DNA of 64,000 nt from an uncultured delta proteobacterium (GTDB lineage Bacteria > Desulfobacterota > Desulfobaccia > Desulfobaccales > 0-14-0-80-60-11): contig CAWETI010000003.1 in the NCBI GenBank assembly GCA_963812015.1, positions 1,984,001 to 2,048,000 of the forward strand, written 5' to 3'. The notes under the pieces were generated by a model that searched no databases, was not told where the DNA came from, and saw only the letters and a program-made list of their open reading frames with translations. This document shows positions 18,539 through 29,000 of this stretch, in pieces; position 1 is the stretch's first letter, and the number at the start of each line of letters is the position of its first letter. The translations under genes were made by a program, and so were the position numbers.

Positions 18539-20167
18539 ATGAATAATAGTTCATATCCCGGTGGTCGACGCCAACGAGACCGACCGGAAGCAGCCATTCA
18601 GGTGGAGAGCGAGGGCACCATAGCAGAACAATACAGCCTCTTCAGGAAAATATTCGACTACCTGCCCGATCCGGTGCTGGTGCTGAACCTTGATTATATC
18701 GTCGAGGAAGTGAATCAAACCTTCCTCAGCCGTTTCCAGAAAAATGTTGAGGAGGTGATCGGCAAACGCTGTTACGAAGTCTGTCGTCAGTTGGAGGGGC
18801 CCTGCGACCAGCAGGGATTGGTCTGCCCTCTGCCGCAAGTCATCGAAAAGTGCAAGACTAGCTGGGTCATGCAGTGCTATCCGGGTCCCGACGGCGCGAT
18901 GCGCTACGAGGAGATCACCATGTCGCCCTTGTGTCCGCCGGAAGGTAACAGGAAAAGGGTGATCGAGGTCATTAAGGACGTCACTGCCCGCCAGCAACTG
19001 CGAGGCGCCCTGCACAACTCTGAGGCAAAGACCCTCCAGCTTCTCAGGCAGGCCACCCAGGGGAAGGCCTTCCTGGAGACGATTGTCAACGGCATTGAGG
19101 ATCACATGATGGTGATCGACCTCGATTACCGTATCATTGAGGTCAACCGGGCTTTGCTCGAGATGGTGGGGTTAAAACGGGAAGACGTGGTGGGCAAACA
19201 CTGTTATGAGGTATCGCACCATCTGGAGAAGCCGTGCGCCAGTCCTGATCACCCGTGCCCCTTGAAAGACGCGGTGGCCACCCGTAAGGCGGCCTCCGTC
19301 ACCCATGTGCACTTCGACAAGGACAACCGGGAACATTACATTCACGTGGTCTGTCACCCATTGTTTGACGAGCACGGAGTGGTCCACCGAGTGATTGACT
19401 TGTCCCGGGACATCACCGAGGAAATCGCTGATCGCACCCGGATGCTGCACGATGATAAAATGACTTCTTTGGGGAAATTGTCCGCCAGCGTGGTGCATGA
19501 AATCAACAATCCGCTGACCGGCATCCTCAACTTCACCAAATTGATGCAACGCACGCTGAAAAATTGGGCCCCCCGTGAGGCCGGATTGGGGCAGATACAC
19601 AATTATCTCAAGATGATTTATAATGAAACGTCTCGGGTCAGCAAAACGGTGTCCAACCTGCTGGCCTTTTCCCGGAAGACCAAGCCGGAATTCAAACCGA
19701 TGGATCTCAATGGCCTGCTGGCCGAAACGGTATCACTAACCGAGTACCAGATGCGGCTGCAGGGCATCACGGTGGAACGCCAATTGGCTTCGGATCTGCT
19801 CCCGGTCATGGGAGATCAGGGATGGATGAAACAAGCTTTATTGAATCTCGTGTTGAATGCCATAGACGCCATGCCGAAGGGTGGAACTCTGACCTTGACG
19901 ACCAACAATTCCCGAGGCCGACAGGTGGTGATGAAGGTTGCCGACACGGGAGTGGGTATCCCCAAGGATTATTTTTCCCAGATATTTGAACCCTTCTATA
20001 CCACCAAAAAGGCCGGCTCCGGGGTGGGGCTGGGGCTCGCCGTGGTATACGGAATCGTCCGGGACCACAAGGGCAGCATCAAAGTGGATAGCGTCGTGGG
20101 GCAGGGGACCTCATTCACTATCAGTCTGCCAGCCTTTAAACCGGGAGAAGAGCGTGCTGCCACATAA
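18539..20167 (+). CDS. Cytoplasmic histidine kinase with two Cys/His-rich PAS domains (NtrB-like)
   Basis: GKxCYEV...PC...CPL twice, HEINNPL, N/G boxes; start uncertain. Confidence 0.9.
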   Translation: MNNSSYPGGRRQRDRPEAAIQVESEGTIAEQYSLFRKIFDYLPDPVLVLNLDYIVEEVNQTFLSRFQKNVEEVIGKRCYEVCRQLEGPCDQQGLVCPLPQVIEKCKTSWVMQCYPGPDGAMRYEEITMSPLCPPEGNRKRVIEVIKDVTARQQLRGALHNSEAKTLQLLRQATQGKAFLETIVNGIEDHMMVIDLDYRIIEVNRALLEMVGLKREDVVGKHCYEVSHHLEKPCASPDHPCPLKDAVATRKAASVTHVHFDKDNREHYIHVVCHPLFDEHGVVHRVIDLSRDITEEIADRTRMLHDDKMTSLGKLSASVVHEINNPLTGILNFTKLMQRTLKNWAPREAGLGQIHNYLKMIYNETSRVSKTVSNLLAFSRKTKPEFKPMDLNGLLAETVSLTEYQMRLQGITVERQLASDLLPVMGDQGWMKQALLNLVLNAIDAMPKGGTLTLTTNNSRGRQVVMKVADTGVGIPKDYFSQIFEPFYTTKKAGSGVGLGLAVVYGIVRDHKGSIKVDSVVGQGTSFTISLPAFKPGEERAAT

Positions 20168-21503
20168 AAAGATTAAAATCCTGGTGGTGGATGACGAGCT
20201 CAGCATCCGCGAATCTTTATGCGGCTGGCTGCAGCAGGACGGCTATCAGGTGGAAACCGCGGCCGATGGGCCGGCGGCTCTATCCAGGACTCAGGACCAA
20301 CACTATGACATCATGCTCATCGATGTCAAAATGCCCGAGATGGACGGCCTCACCCTGCTCAAGAAATTGAAGGAAGGCGATCCCGACACGACCATAGTTA
20401 TGATGACGGCCCACGGCGATATCCATGACGCGGTGGAGGCCATGAAGCTGGGCGCCTATGATTATCTGCTCAAGCCCTTCGAGCTGGAGGAACTGAGCTT
20501 TACCATCGAGAAGCTGGTCAAGATGCAGACCCTGGCGATGGAGAATCTGATCTTAAAAGACCGGGTGGCGTCCATGACGCGCTTTGAAAACCTGGTGGGC
20601 CTGTCTCCGTCCATGCTCAAGCTGTTCGAGGCCATTGTCGATGTGGCCAAAAGCGATGCCACCGTCTTGATCACCGGGGAAACCGGCACCGGCAAAGAAC
20701 TGGTGGCCCGGGCCATTCATGCACAGAGTCCGCGGTGTTATGCACCCTTTATTGCCATCAACTGCGGGGCCTTCACGGAACACCTCCTGGAAAGCGAACT
20801 CTTCGGTCATGAAAAAGGGGCCTTCACGGACGCCAAATATACCAAAAAAGGCCGGCTGGAAATGGCGCATGCCGGGACCCTCTTCCTCGATGAAGTGGGT
20901 GACATCTCCATGAAGATGCAGATTGATCTGCTCAGGGTCCTGGAGACCCGGGAATTCACCCGGGTGGGAGGAACCGTGTCGTTGCATAGCGACTTTCGGG
21001 TCATCGCCGCCACCAACCAGGACCTCCAGGAAGCCATTCGGGCAAAAACCTTTCGGCAGGATTTATTTTACCGCCTGAACGTCATCCACATCCAGGTGCC
21101 GCCCCTACGGGAACGGCCGGAAGATATCCCGCTGCTGGCCCAGCATTTCATGAGACGCTATGCCACCGAGACCAACAAAAAAATTGACTCCATCCATCCG
21201 GAGGCCCTGGAAGCGATGCGTCGGTATCCCTGGCCGGGGAATGTCAGGGAACTGGAAAACGCCATAGAACGGGCGGTGGTGGTGGGAAAAGGCCGTCAGA
21301 TCAAACTGAGCGACCTGCCCTTTGTTATGCCTGCCGGCGGGGCGGCAGAAGTGGGAGAGTTATCCCTGGAGGAGATGGAGCGCCAACACATCGCCCGGAT
21401 ACTGACCGCAGAGGGCGGCAACTTGTCCAACGTCGCCAAGGTTCTCCGCATCAACCGCTCCACGCTCTACCATAAAATTAAGAAATATGGCCTGGCGCCT
21501 TAA
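20154..21503 (+). CDS. Sigma54-dependent response regulator (NtrC/AtoC-like)
   Basis: ILVVDDE, GETGTGKE, GAFTDA, HTH; GTG 20154 overlaps the kinase stop. Confidence 0.92.
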   Translation: MLPHKKIKILVVDDELSIRESLCGWLQQDGYQVETAADGPAALSRTQDQHYDIMLIDVKMPEMDGLTLLKKLKEGDPDTTIVMMTAHGDIHDAVEAMKLGAYDYLLKPFELEELSFTIEKLVKMQTLAMENLILKDRVASMTRFENLVGLSPSMLKLFEAIVDVAKSDATVLITGETGTGKELVARAIHAQSPRCYAPFIAINCGAFTEHLLESELFGHEKGAFTDAKYTKKGRLEMAHAGTLFLDEVGDISMKMQIDLLRVLETREFTRVGGTVSLHSDFRVIAATNQDLQEAIRAKTFRQDLFYRLNVIHIQVPPLRERPEDIPLLAQHFMRRYATETNKKIDSIHPEALEAMRRYPWPGNVRELENAIERAVVVGKGRQIKLSDLPFVMPAGGAAEVGELSLEEMERQHIARILTAEGGNLSNVAKVLRINRSTLYHKIKKYGLAP

Positions 21504-21548
21504 AAACGGACAGCCAAGCGGCCTTGCGGCCCGATCACCTAGGACAAT

Positions 21549-22187
21549 ATGGCATATCGTCCGTTTTTAGGCCTGGTGGCCTTGGGTCCGGTCGATCCCG
21601 AGATCCTGAGGCGTTTGCGCATCGCCATCGCCAAATTTTTTCTTCTACCGGTGCGAGTGCTCCGCCCCCAACCCTTGCCCCCGCCAACCTACCACGCGGT
21701 GCGTTGCCAGTACCATTCCACCCAGCTTCTGGAATACTTATTGGCCGAAGATACTTCAGGGGCTTTCCGCATATTAGGGGTTACCGCGATGGACCTCTAT
21801 ATCCCGATCTTCACCTTCGTGTTTGGAGAAGCCCAATTGGATGGGAAGGCCGCGATCATCTCAATGTTTCGGCCTCGCGGGGGGGCTGACCACCCCCTGC
21901 CGCCAAGGTCGGTCTTGTTAAAACGTCTCATCAAGTTGAGCCTGCATGAATTGGGGCATACCTTCGGCCTGGGTCATTGCCGGGAGGAAGCCTGTCTCAT
22001 GGGTTTTTCCGCCAACCTCGAAGACTTGGACCAAAGGAATTTGGCATTTTGTAAGTATTGCCAGGTGCTTCTGGCTGACTACTTCCGGGACAAGGGACTG
22101 ATCCCCGGATTTAAACGGTATGAAGAAACTCCTGCACCAGGCGCTCCCATCCCAGTTGCGGATAGTGGCCATAGACGTCGTCGATGA
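21549..22187 (+). CDS. Archaemetzincin-family Zn metalloprotease (M54)
   Basis: FVFGEAQL, HELGHTFGLGHC, CLM Met-turn, FCKYC. Confidence 0.88.
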   Translation: MAYRPFLGLVALGPVDPEILRRLRIAIAKFFLLPVRVLRPQPLPPPTYHAVRCQYHSTQLLEYLLAEDTSGAFRILGVTAMDLYIPIFTFVFGEAQLDGKAAIISMFRPRGGADHPLPPRSVLLKRLIKLSLHELGHTFGLGHCREEACLMGFSANLEDLDQRNLAFCKYCQVLLADYFRDKGLIPGFKRYEETPAPGAPIPVADSGHRRRR

Positions 22188-22938
22188 TCGTTCCCCCGGA
22201 GGGGAGAGTGACCCCCGCCGAGGATTCCAGCATCCCCAGAAGCCGGTTCGACTCATTTTCTATCCAGGTGATATTGCGCTGGCCAAAGAGCATATGCTCC
22301 AGATCCGGTTTCAAATTGGTGGGGGTGACCACCATCAGCCAGCCCTCGCCGTAGGGGTCGTCATGGACCAGACTTGGTGTTTGCCGGACTTTGGGATTCA
22401 CTACCTCGATGACGCCGGTTATCGGTGAGAGAACCTTGGCTTTTTTCCCCTGGCGGGCCAAGACCAGCCCAACCGTGTCAAGATGAGCTTTTTCCCCCAG
22501 GTGGGGCAGCTTCATCTCGTCGGCGGGACCAAGAATCTTCTGAGAAAAGTCGTCCAGCCCGATACGCACCCGGCCGGCACTCTCCAGGGCCGCCCAGGCA
22601 TGACCCCGGTGCAAGTAGCGAGAAGGTTCCACCCTAAAGCCGAAAACTTCCTGACCCTGGGCTTTATCTGGACAAACAAAGCATTCCAGTTGATCTTCCA
22701 GAAGTTGATCGAAGGACCGCTGCCGCTGCTTTTGTTTGAAGTGATAGATGCCGCCGCGATCGCCTGTGAGCGGTTCGCCCGCTTGCCGCATGGCCTGGTT
22801 TTGGGCGGCAGCTGCGGTCATAGCCTGGTCGAATTCGCAGTTCGCACAATCAAAACAATGATTGCAAATCTTGAAATCGACCACCCCAGCTTCCATCCAG
22901 ATGCAGGGCCTTTTTCCTTCAGTGGCGTTCTTTATCAT
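22111..22938 (-). CDS. Glycine cleavage H-like protein with Cys-rich N-terminal domain
   Basis: CIWMEAGVVDFKICNHCFDCANCEFD, then HAWA...VRIGLDDFSQK...SPITGVIEVVN...DDPYGEGWL. Confidence 0.85.
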   Translation of the reverse strand: MIKNATEGKRPCIWMEAGVVDFKICNHCFDCANCEFDQAMTAAAAQNQAMRQAGEPLTGDRGGIYHFKQKQRQRSFDQLLEDQLECFVCPDKAQGQEVFGFRVEPSRYLHRGHAWAALESAGRVRIGLDDFSQKILGPADEMKLPHLGEKAHLDTVGLVLARQGKKAKVLSPITGVIEVVNPKVRQTPSLVHDDPYGEGWLMVVTPTNLKPDLEHMLFGQRNITWIENESNRLLGMLESSAGVTLPSGGTIIDDVYGHYPQLGWERLVQEFLHTV

Positions 22939-23013
22939 GGGCTTGCTTCCCCAATAGGGCCAGAAGGACGAGGCCTTTTGCTCCGGCAGCCGCGTCCTCC
23001 CCGCCGATCACGT

Positions 23014-23625
23014 TCATGATCTTTTCTTCCAGCTCTTGGTTAAATTCTTTAAGAAAAACTCCTGCGCCAGACGTCGCCAGCCATACTCGGCGAAAACCTC
23101 AGCAACCAATTCGCCGCCGGTGGGTAAAGTGTGCTGTGTGTTATCGAGGTTAATCAACCGCTGGGACTCCTGCTCGATCCAGGCGGCATTGGCCTCCCCA
23201 TAAGACAAATTCTCCAGATTCTGTTTGAGATTGCATGGCTTGACCATGAAGAGCCACCCTTCTCCATAGGGATCGTCATGGATCAGTCCAGGCTGCTGCT
23301 TAACCTTGGGGTTGACGGCCTCGATGGTGCCGTCCACCGGCGCCAGGATGGAGGCTTTGCGCCCCTCTCTGAGCAGCGCCATGCAAACATGTCCCTGATA
23401 ATACACCTTGCCGATCTCGGGTAATTTCAGTTCGTCAGCTGGCCCCAAGATTTTCTGAGAAAAGTCATCCACGCCAACCCGCACCTGTCCGTCTTCGGGT
23501 ACTGCCCAGGCGTGGCCCGGGTGCAGGTAAAAGATGCTGGTAGGCACCTGGAAGCCATAGACTTTTACCATATGAGGTGTCTGGGCTTCTTGCCGACCTT
23601 TCTCTCCCTTATCTTGCTGAGACAT
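23014..23625 (-). CDS. Glycine cleavage H-like protein
   Basis: HPGHAWA, VRVGVDDFSQK, APVDGTIEAVN, DDPYGEGWLF. Confidence 0.85.
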   Translation of the reverse strand: MSQQDKGEKGRQEAQTPHMVKVYGFQVPTSIFYLHPGHAWAVPEDGQVRVGVDDFSQKILGPADELKLPEIGKVYYQGHVCMALLREGRKASILAPVDGTIEAVNPKVKQQPGLIHDDPYGEGWLFMVKPCNLKQNLENLSYGEANAAWIEQESQRLINLDNTQHTLPTGGELVAEVFAEYGWRRLAQEFFLKNLTKSWKKRS

Positions 23626-23690
23626 GACCGGTCCCTCCTTTTCTTATCCAACTCCTGAACTCATAAATTATTGGACTTGCCTTACCACAA

Positions 23691-23706
23691 AGCAAAGGGT
23701 GTGCCA
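23691..23706 (-). promoter_or_regulatory. Sigma54 -24/-12 promoter (leftward gcvH-like pair)
   Basis: TGGCACACCCTTTGCT on the minus strand. Confidence 0.8.
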
Positions 23707-23803
23707 GTTTTGGCCTAATGATATATCTATAAGGAATCACTAATAATTTAAATCATCTCTCTCTTCATCCTGGAAATTATCCAAGGACCTGGGGTTAACT
23801 TTA

Positions 23804-23886
23804 TGTGGAATAATCCAACAAGCACTCCTGACGATTTAATTAACCTATTAATATTTGTAAGGAATTTATTGTTGGATTATTAAACA
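23804..23886. promoter_or_regulatory. Two TGT-N11-ACA enhancer-like sites
   Basis: TGTGGAATAATCCAACA (23804) and TGTTGGATTATTAAACA (23870). Confidence 0.6.
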
Positions 23887-24090
23887 ATGATTTTGGGGTA
23901 CGGGACAGAATTGACCGAGAACCCGACGGATATAATCCGGGTCGGCTCTCATACCAGAGGAGGCGAGGGAGAGAATGCATCTGCTTCAAGAGGGCGTCCG
24001 GGGTGTCGTAAAAATAACGAGGTCACGGCCGATCTCGTGTCATGTCCCGGGAGGATCTTACAATTTCCGGCTTTCATTCTCGGAGGCTGT

Positions 24091-24119
24091 TGTAGAGGCG
24101 GTTCGCGAACCGCCCCTAC
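24091..24119. repeat. GTAG-type REP-like palindrome
   Basis: TGTAGAGGCGGTTCGCGAACCGCCCCTAC. Confidence 0.6.
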
Positions 24120-24177
24120 GAGAACCTCACCAACATGGGAAAATATTTTTGAAAGATATATCTGGGACCCAACACTA

Positions 24178-24308
24178 TAAGCCATTTCAAAACCTGCTCT
24201 TTGGTCATCCTGAACGGAGTGAAGGATCTCGCCTTATTAAACATACGAGATTCTTGGCTACGCTCAGAATGACAATTCTCTATCAATCCAGGTTTTAAAA
24301 TAGCTTCT
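24178..24308. repeat. Palindromic miniature element, copy 2
   Basis: AAGCCATTTCAAAACC...GTCATCCTGAACGGAGTGAAGGATCTCG...CGAGATTCTTGGCTACGCTCAGAATGAC...GGTTTTAAAATAGCTT. Confidence 0.72.
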
Positions 24309-24633
24309 CGATTGATCTCGCGGCAACCGAAAACGGCTTCGCCTTTTCTTCCTTGGGACCACCGTAATCCCGACGCAGTGGAAGAAAGTCTGCTTCGCAC
24401 TATCCCAAGCTGACAAGACATGATCCACCGTCTACCCAGGGCCAAACCATCTCCGCCCTGTGCTCCTCCCGATAATCTACTCGGCCGCATAACGCTTCCC
24501 GCCGCCCTCCGGCCCGTCATTCTCCCATACTTAAAGATAAATCAGCTTTTGGGGCCCAGATTATATCCATCCATGATTTGAAAGCCATGCCAAATCAGGT
24601 CATTGTCGATTCCGCCACAGCAGGAAAGACTAT

Positions 24634-24715
24634 TGTTGAATAATCCAACAATATTTTCCCTTTATATATTAAGAGGTTAATTCGTGTGAGCGGTTATTTG
24701 TTGCATTATTATACA
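24634..24715. promoter_or_regulatory. Two TGT-N11-ACA enhancer-like sites
   Basis: TGTTGAATAATCCAACA (24634) and TGTTGCATTATTATACA (24699). Confidence 0.6.
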
Positions 24716-24811
24716 TAAGCTCAGGCCCAGTGGCGGGGGGAAGTCCAGCAGTTGGTGCAGGGTCTATTTTTTTAATAGTTTATTCAATGAGTTAAATAAT
24801 CTTTCCTGAAC

Positions 24812-24827
24812 TGGCACAGCCTTTGCT
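24812..24827 (+). promoter_or_regulatory. Sigma54 -24/-12 promoter (gcvH-like-hdr operon)
   Basis: TGGCACAGCCTTTGCT. Confidence 0.8.
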
Positions 24828-24881
24828 TTACGGTAAGGCAAGTTCGATTATGAACTATTTGTCATGAAGGAGAGATCGACT

Positions 24882-25826
24882 ATGTCTCAGCACAATAAGG
24901 GAGAAAAAGGTCAGCGGGAGGGCACTACACCTCCGCAAAAACCTCAGATGGCGGAAGTCTTTGGCTTTAAGGTGCCCATCAGCACCTATTATTTGCACCG
25001 GGGCCACGCCTGGGCAGTGGTGGAAAACGCAGACCAGGTGCGGGTGGGCGTGGATGACTTTTCCCAGAAGGTTTTGGGTCCGGCCGACCAGCTCAAGTTA
25101 CCCGATGTCGGCAAAATTTATTATCAGGATCACATCTGCATGGCCCTGTCCAGGCAAGGACACAAAGCCCCCTTTCTGTCGCCGGTGGATGGGGTGATCG
25201 AGGCCGTGAACCCCAAGGTTCGCAAAAGGCCGAGCTTGGTCCACGACGATCCCTATCAGGAAGGCTGGCTCTTCATGGTCAAGCCCTCAAATCTCCAGCC
25301 CAATTTGGACAACTTGCTCTTTGGCGAGGGCAACCTCGCCTGGATCGATCAAGAGGCTCACCGCTTACTGAATTTCATGGATGCCGCGGTGGGCGCCACC
25401 CTCCCGTCCGGCGGCGCCATAATCGATGATGTCTACGGTCATTATCCCGATTTAGGCTGGCGGCCTCTGGTCCAGGATTTTCTCCTCCCCATCTTGGGAA
25501 AAAGCTGGAGGAAACGGTCTGAGGCAGCCCGAAGGGCGACGGAGGAGGATCCGGAAGAACTGCTGACGCAAAGGCGGGAAGTCTTTCGGATACTGAACCG
25601 CACCGCCGAAGACAAGGAGTTTTCATCAGCCTTGAGGGATATGGAGATCGAGGCCCTGGAAACCTATAAGCTCTCCCCCGCGGCAGAAAGCGCCATCCTG
25701 TCGGGCGATTTGAAATGGCTCAATGAGCACATTGGCGAGCTTACCCAGAAACAGCTCATGTTTGTTCTTTCTTGTCTGCTTCCCGCCGCGTTGGCTCGAG
25801 GCAGCCAGGAACAGCCGGTGCGGTAA
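24882..25826 (+). CDS. Glycine cleavage H-like protein with extra C-terminal helical domain
   Basis: Paralog of 23014-23625 (MSQHNKGEKG start, HAWA, DDFSQK, DDPY) plus about 95 extra residues. Confidence 0.85.
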   Translation: MSQHNKGEKGQREGTTPPQKPQMAEVFGFKVPISTYYLHRGHAWAVVENADQVRVGVDDFSQKVLGPADQLKLPDVGKIYYQDHICMALSRQGHKAPFLSPVDGVIEAVNPKVRKRPSLVHDDPYQEGWLFMVKPSNLQPNLDNLLFGEGNLAWIDQEAHRLLNFMDAAVGATLPSGGAIIDDVYGHYPDLGWRPLVQDFLLPILGKSWRKRSEAARRATEEDPEELLTQRREVFRILNRTAEDKEFSSALRDMEIEALETYKLSPAAESAILSGDLKWLNEHIGELTQKQLMFVLSCLLPAALARGSQEQPVR

Positions 25827-26033
25827 AGACCTGGCCACCTTACCGCGGCTCTGACGCACCAGCAACCGCTGCCGGAATGGGCAGTGGAGATCAACAACAA
25901 AGGTCCTGGTGATGGGAGGCGTAGCGGTGGCCTGGAGCTTGGAGCCCCGGCTGCAGCACTTCTCTTAACTTCCTTAGCGTTGCGGCTGCTTTTTAGCCAC
26001 TCTAACGGACAAACCGAGAGGAGAGAGGCGATT

Positions 26034-29000
26034 ATGGCGACACCCCATTCCGTAAATGAAGTCCGAGGGTCGGTCATGGTAGTTGGCGGCGGCATCGCCG
26101 GCATGCAAGCCGCGCTGGACGCAGCCAACTCAGGCTTTTATGTCCATCTTGTGGAGAAAGGACCCAGCATCGGCGGCACTATGGCGCAGATCGACAAGAC
26201 CTTTCCCACCAACGACTGCGCCATGTGAATTATCTCTCCGAAGCTGGTCGAGGTCGGCCGGCACATCAATATCCAGTTGCACACCCTCACCGAACTGCAG
26301 GATATTACCGGCGAGGAAGGCAATTTCACCGTCTCCCTGAGAAAGCAACCCCGCTATGTAGACGCTTCCAAGTGCACCGGCTGCGGCGACTGTGCCCGGG
26401 CCTGCCCGGTCAGCGCGCCGGACGAGTTTAATCTGGGACTGAGTGATTGTCGAGCCATTTATCGTTCCTATCCCCAGGCCATTCCCGCCACCTTTGCCAT
26501 CAAAAAGTTTGACCGGGCTCCGTGCGTGCGCGCCTGTCCGGCCAACGTCAATGCGCAGGGGTATATCCAGTTGATCAAAGCGGGGAAATACGCGGAAGCC
26601 CTCAGTCTCATCATGGAAAACCTGCCCCTGCCCGGCACCCTGGGGCGAATCTGCCCCCATCCGTGCGAAAGCAATTGCCGGCGGCAGGACATTGATGAAC
26701 CCATCTCCATCTGCGCCTTGAAGCGATTCGTCGCGGACCAGGTGGATTGGGAAACCCTGCCGGTCCCGGAAATCGACAAGCGGGATGAAGAGGTGGCCAT
26801 CATCGGTTCGGGGCCGGGCGGCCTGAGCTGCGCCTACCATCTGGCGCTGATGGGTTACCGGCCGGTGATCTTTGAGGCCGCGGCGGAGCCCGGCGGCTGG
26901 CTGCGCTACGGGGTGCCGGAATACCGGCTGCCCCGGGAAGTTTTACAGCGGGAAATCACCTACATCCAGCGGCTGGGGGTGGATATCCGCTGCAACTCGC
27001 CCATCACCCCGGAGCGCACCGTCAGCGATCTCATCGTCCGGGACGGCTATCCCGCGGTCTTTATGAGTGTCGGCTGCCAGGAATCCGTCCACATCCGGGT
27101 GCCCGGCATCGAGACCGAGGGCGTCGTCTGGGCGGCGGACTATTTGAAAGAGGTGGCCGCCACGGGTATCGCCCCCACCGCCGGGAAGCAAGTGGTGGTC
27201 GTCGGCGGCGGCAACGTAGGCATCGACGCGGCCCGCATCGCCCTCAGAAAGGGCGCCTCCCGGGTGACCATCGTCTGCCTGGAAAGCCGCGACGAGATGC
27301 CGGCCTCGCCCTGGGAATTGGAGGAGACCGAGAAGGAAGGCATCGAAATTATGCACAGTTGGGGGGTGAAGCAGATTCTCCCCGATAACGGCAAGGTGAA
27401 GGGAGTGTGGTTGAAGGCGGTGGCCCAGCTCTTTGACGAAGAGGGCCACTTTGCCCCGAAATATTTTGAGGACCAGCTTGCCACTTTGGACGCTGATATC
27501 GTCATCATGTCCATCGGCCAGCGGTCGTCCAATTTACGCTTTCTCACCGTGGCCGACGGCATTGAGTTGACCCCCCGGGGTCTGATCAAGGCGGACCCCT
27601 ACACCCTGGCCACCACCCGCAAAGGCGTGTTCGCGGGCGGCGACGTCGTGTCCGGACCCTATATCGCCATCGCGGCCATCGCGGACGGCCGGGAGGCGGC
27701 CATCTCCATCGACCGGTATCTGCGCGGCGTGGATCTGAAGGAAGGGCGCCAGTTTCCCCTGAGGCCACTGGCCAAAGGGAAATGGAATCCGCTTCCCAAA
27801 AACCCTGCCAAGCAGGGACGGGTTTCCATGCCTACCCTCCCTCCGGAGGAGTGGGGGCAGGGCTTCCAGGAAATCTGCCTGGGCCTTACGCCCGAGGCTG
27901 CCCAGGCCGAGGCCGACCGCTGTATCAATTGCGGCGTCTGTTCCGAATGCATGGAATGCGTGGCTGCCTGTCTGCCCGGCGCGGTGGATCACCGCCAGCC
28001 GCTCCAGACCGTGGACCTGGAGGAAGTCGGCTCCATCATCCTGGCCACCGGCTTTCAGCCTTTTGACCCACGGGGCCTCACCTATCTATATGGCGTCCAC
28101 CCCAACGTGGTCACCACTCTGGAATTTGAACGTTTTTTAAGCCCTGGCGGGCCGTTCCAAGGTCATGTCCGGAGGCTGTCAGACGACCGGGAGCCCAAGA
28201 AGATCGCCTGGCTGCTCTGTGTCGGCTCCCGGAGCACCCAAGAGGGCTCCCAGGCTTACTGCTCGTCGGTCTGTTGCATGACCTCCCTCAAGCAGGCCAT
28301 TATCGCCCGGGAACATATCGGCCCCGAGTTGGATATGGCGATTTTTTATATGGACATGCGGACTCCCCGAAAAGATTTTGAGAAATACTACCACCGGGCC
28401 ATGGGCCAGGGGGCGCGCTTGATCCGTTCCCGCGTCCACAGTGTCGAAGCCCGGGGGGATAGCGGAGACCTAGAGATCACCTATGTCACCGAAGCCGGCG
28501 AAACTTTCACCGAAACCTTTGATATGGTGGTGCTGGCCACCGGTATGGTGATTTCCCCCGGGACCCGGGATTTGGCCGAAACCCTGGGGGTTGAGTTGAG
28601 CCGCTATAACTTTGTGAACCACAGTTGCTTTGAACCCGTGGCCACGTCTCGAACCGGCATCTATGCCTGCGGCGTGCTTACGGGTCCCAAAGATATCCCC
28701 CAATCGGTCCGGGAGGGCAGCGCCGCGGCGGCCGCGGCCACCCGTCAACTGGCCCCGGCCCGGGGCACCCTGCTGAAGCAGAAAGTTTACCCGCCTGAAC
28801 AGGATGTCGCCGGGGAGGAGCCCCGGGTCGGCGTTTTTGTCTGCAACTGCGGCATCAATATCGGCGGAGTGGCCGATGTGCCGGCGGTGGCGGAATTTGC
28901 CCGGGGCATTCCTGATGTGGTCTATGTGCAGGAAAATCTCTTTACCTGCTCGGAAGACGCGCAATGCCAGATGATTGAGATGATCAAGGAGCATAATCTC

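Noticed and set aside
22111..25826. Canonical glycine cleavage system (gcvH)
   Set aside because: Lipoyl-Lys motif replaced and no gcvT/gcvP in the window
25830..26030. Riboswitch in the hdrL leader (also considered 30590-30740)
   Set aside because: Hairpins are possible, but I could not match fluoride, Moco/Wco or c-di-GMP consensus features by eye; an Rfam/Infernal scan would be needed
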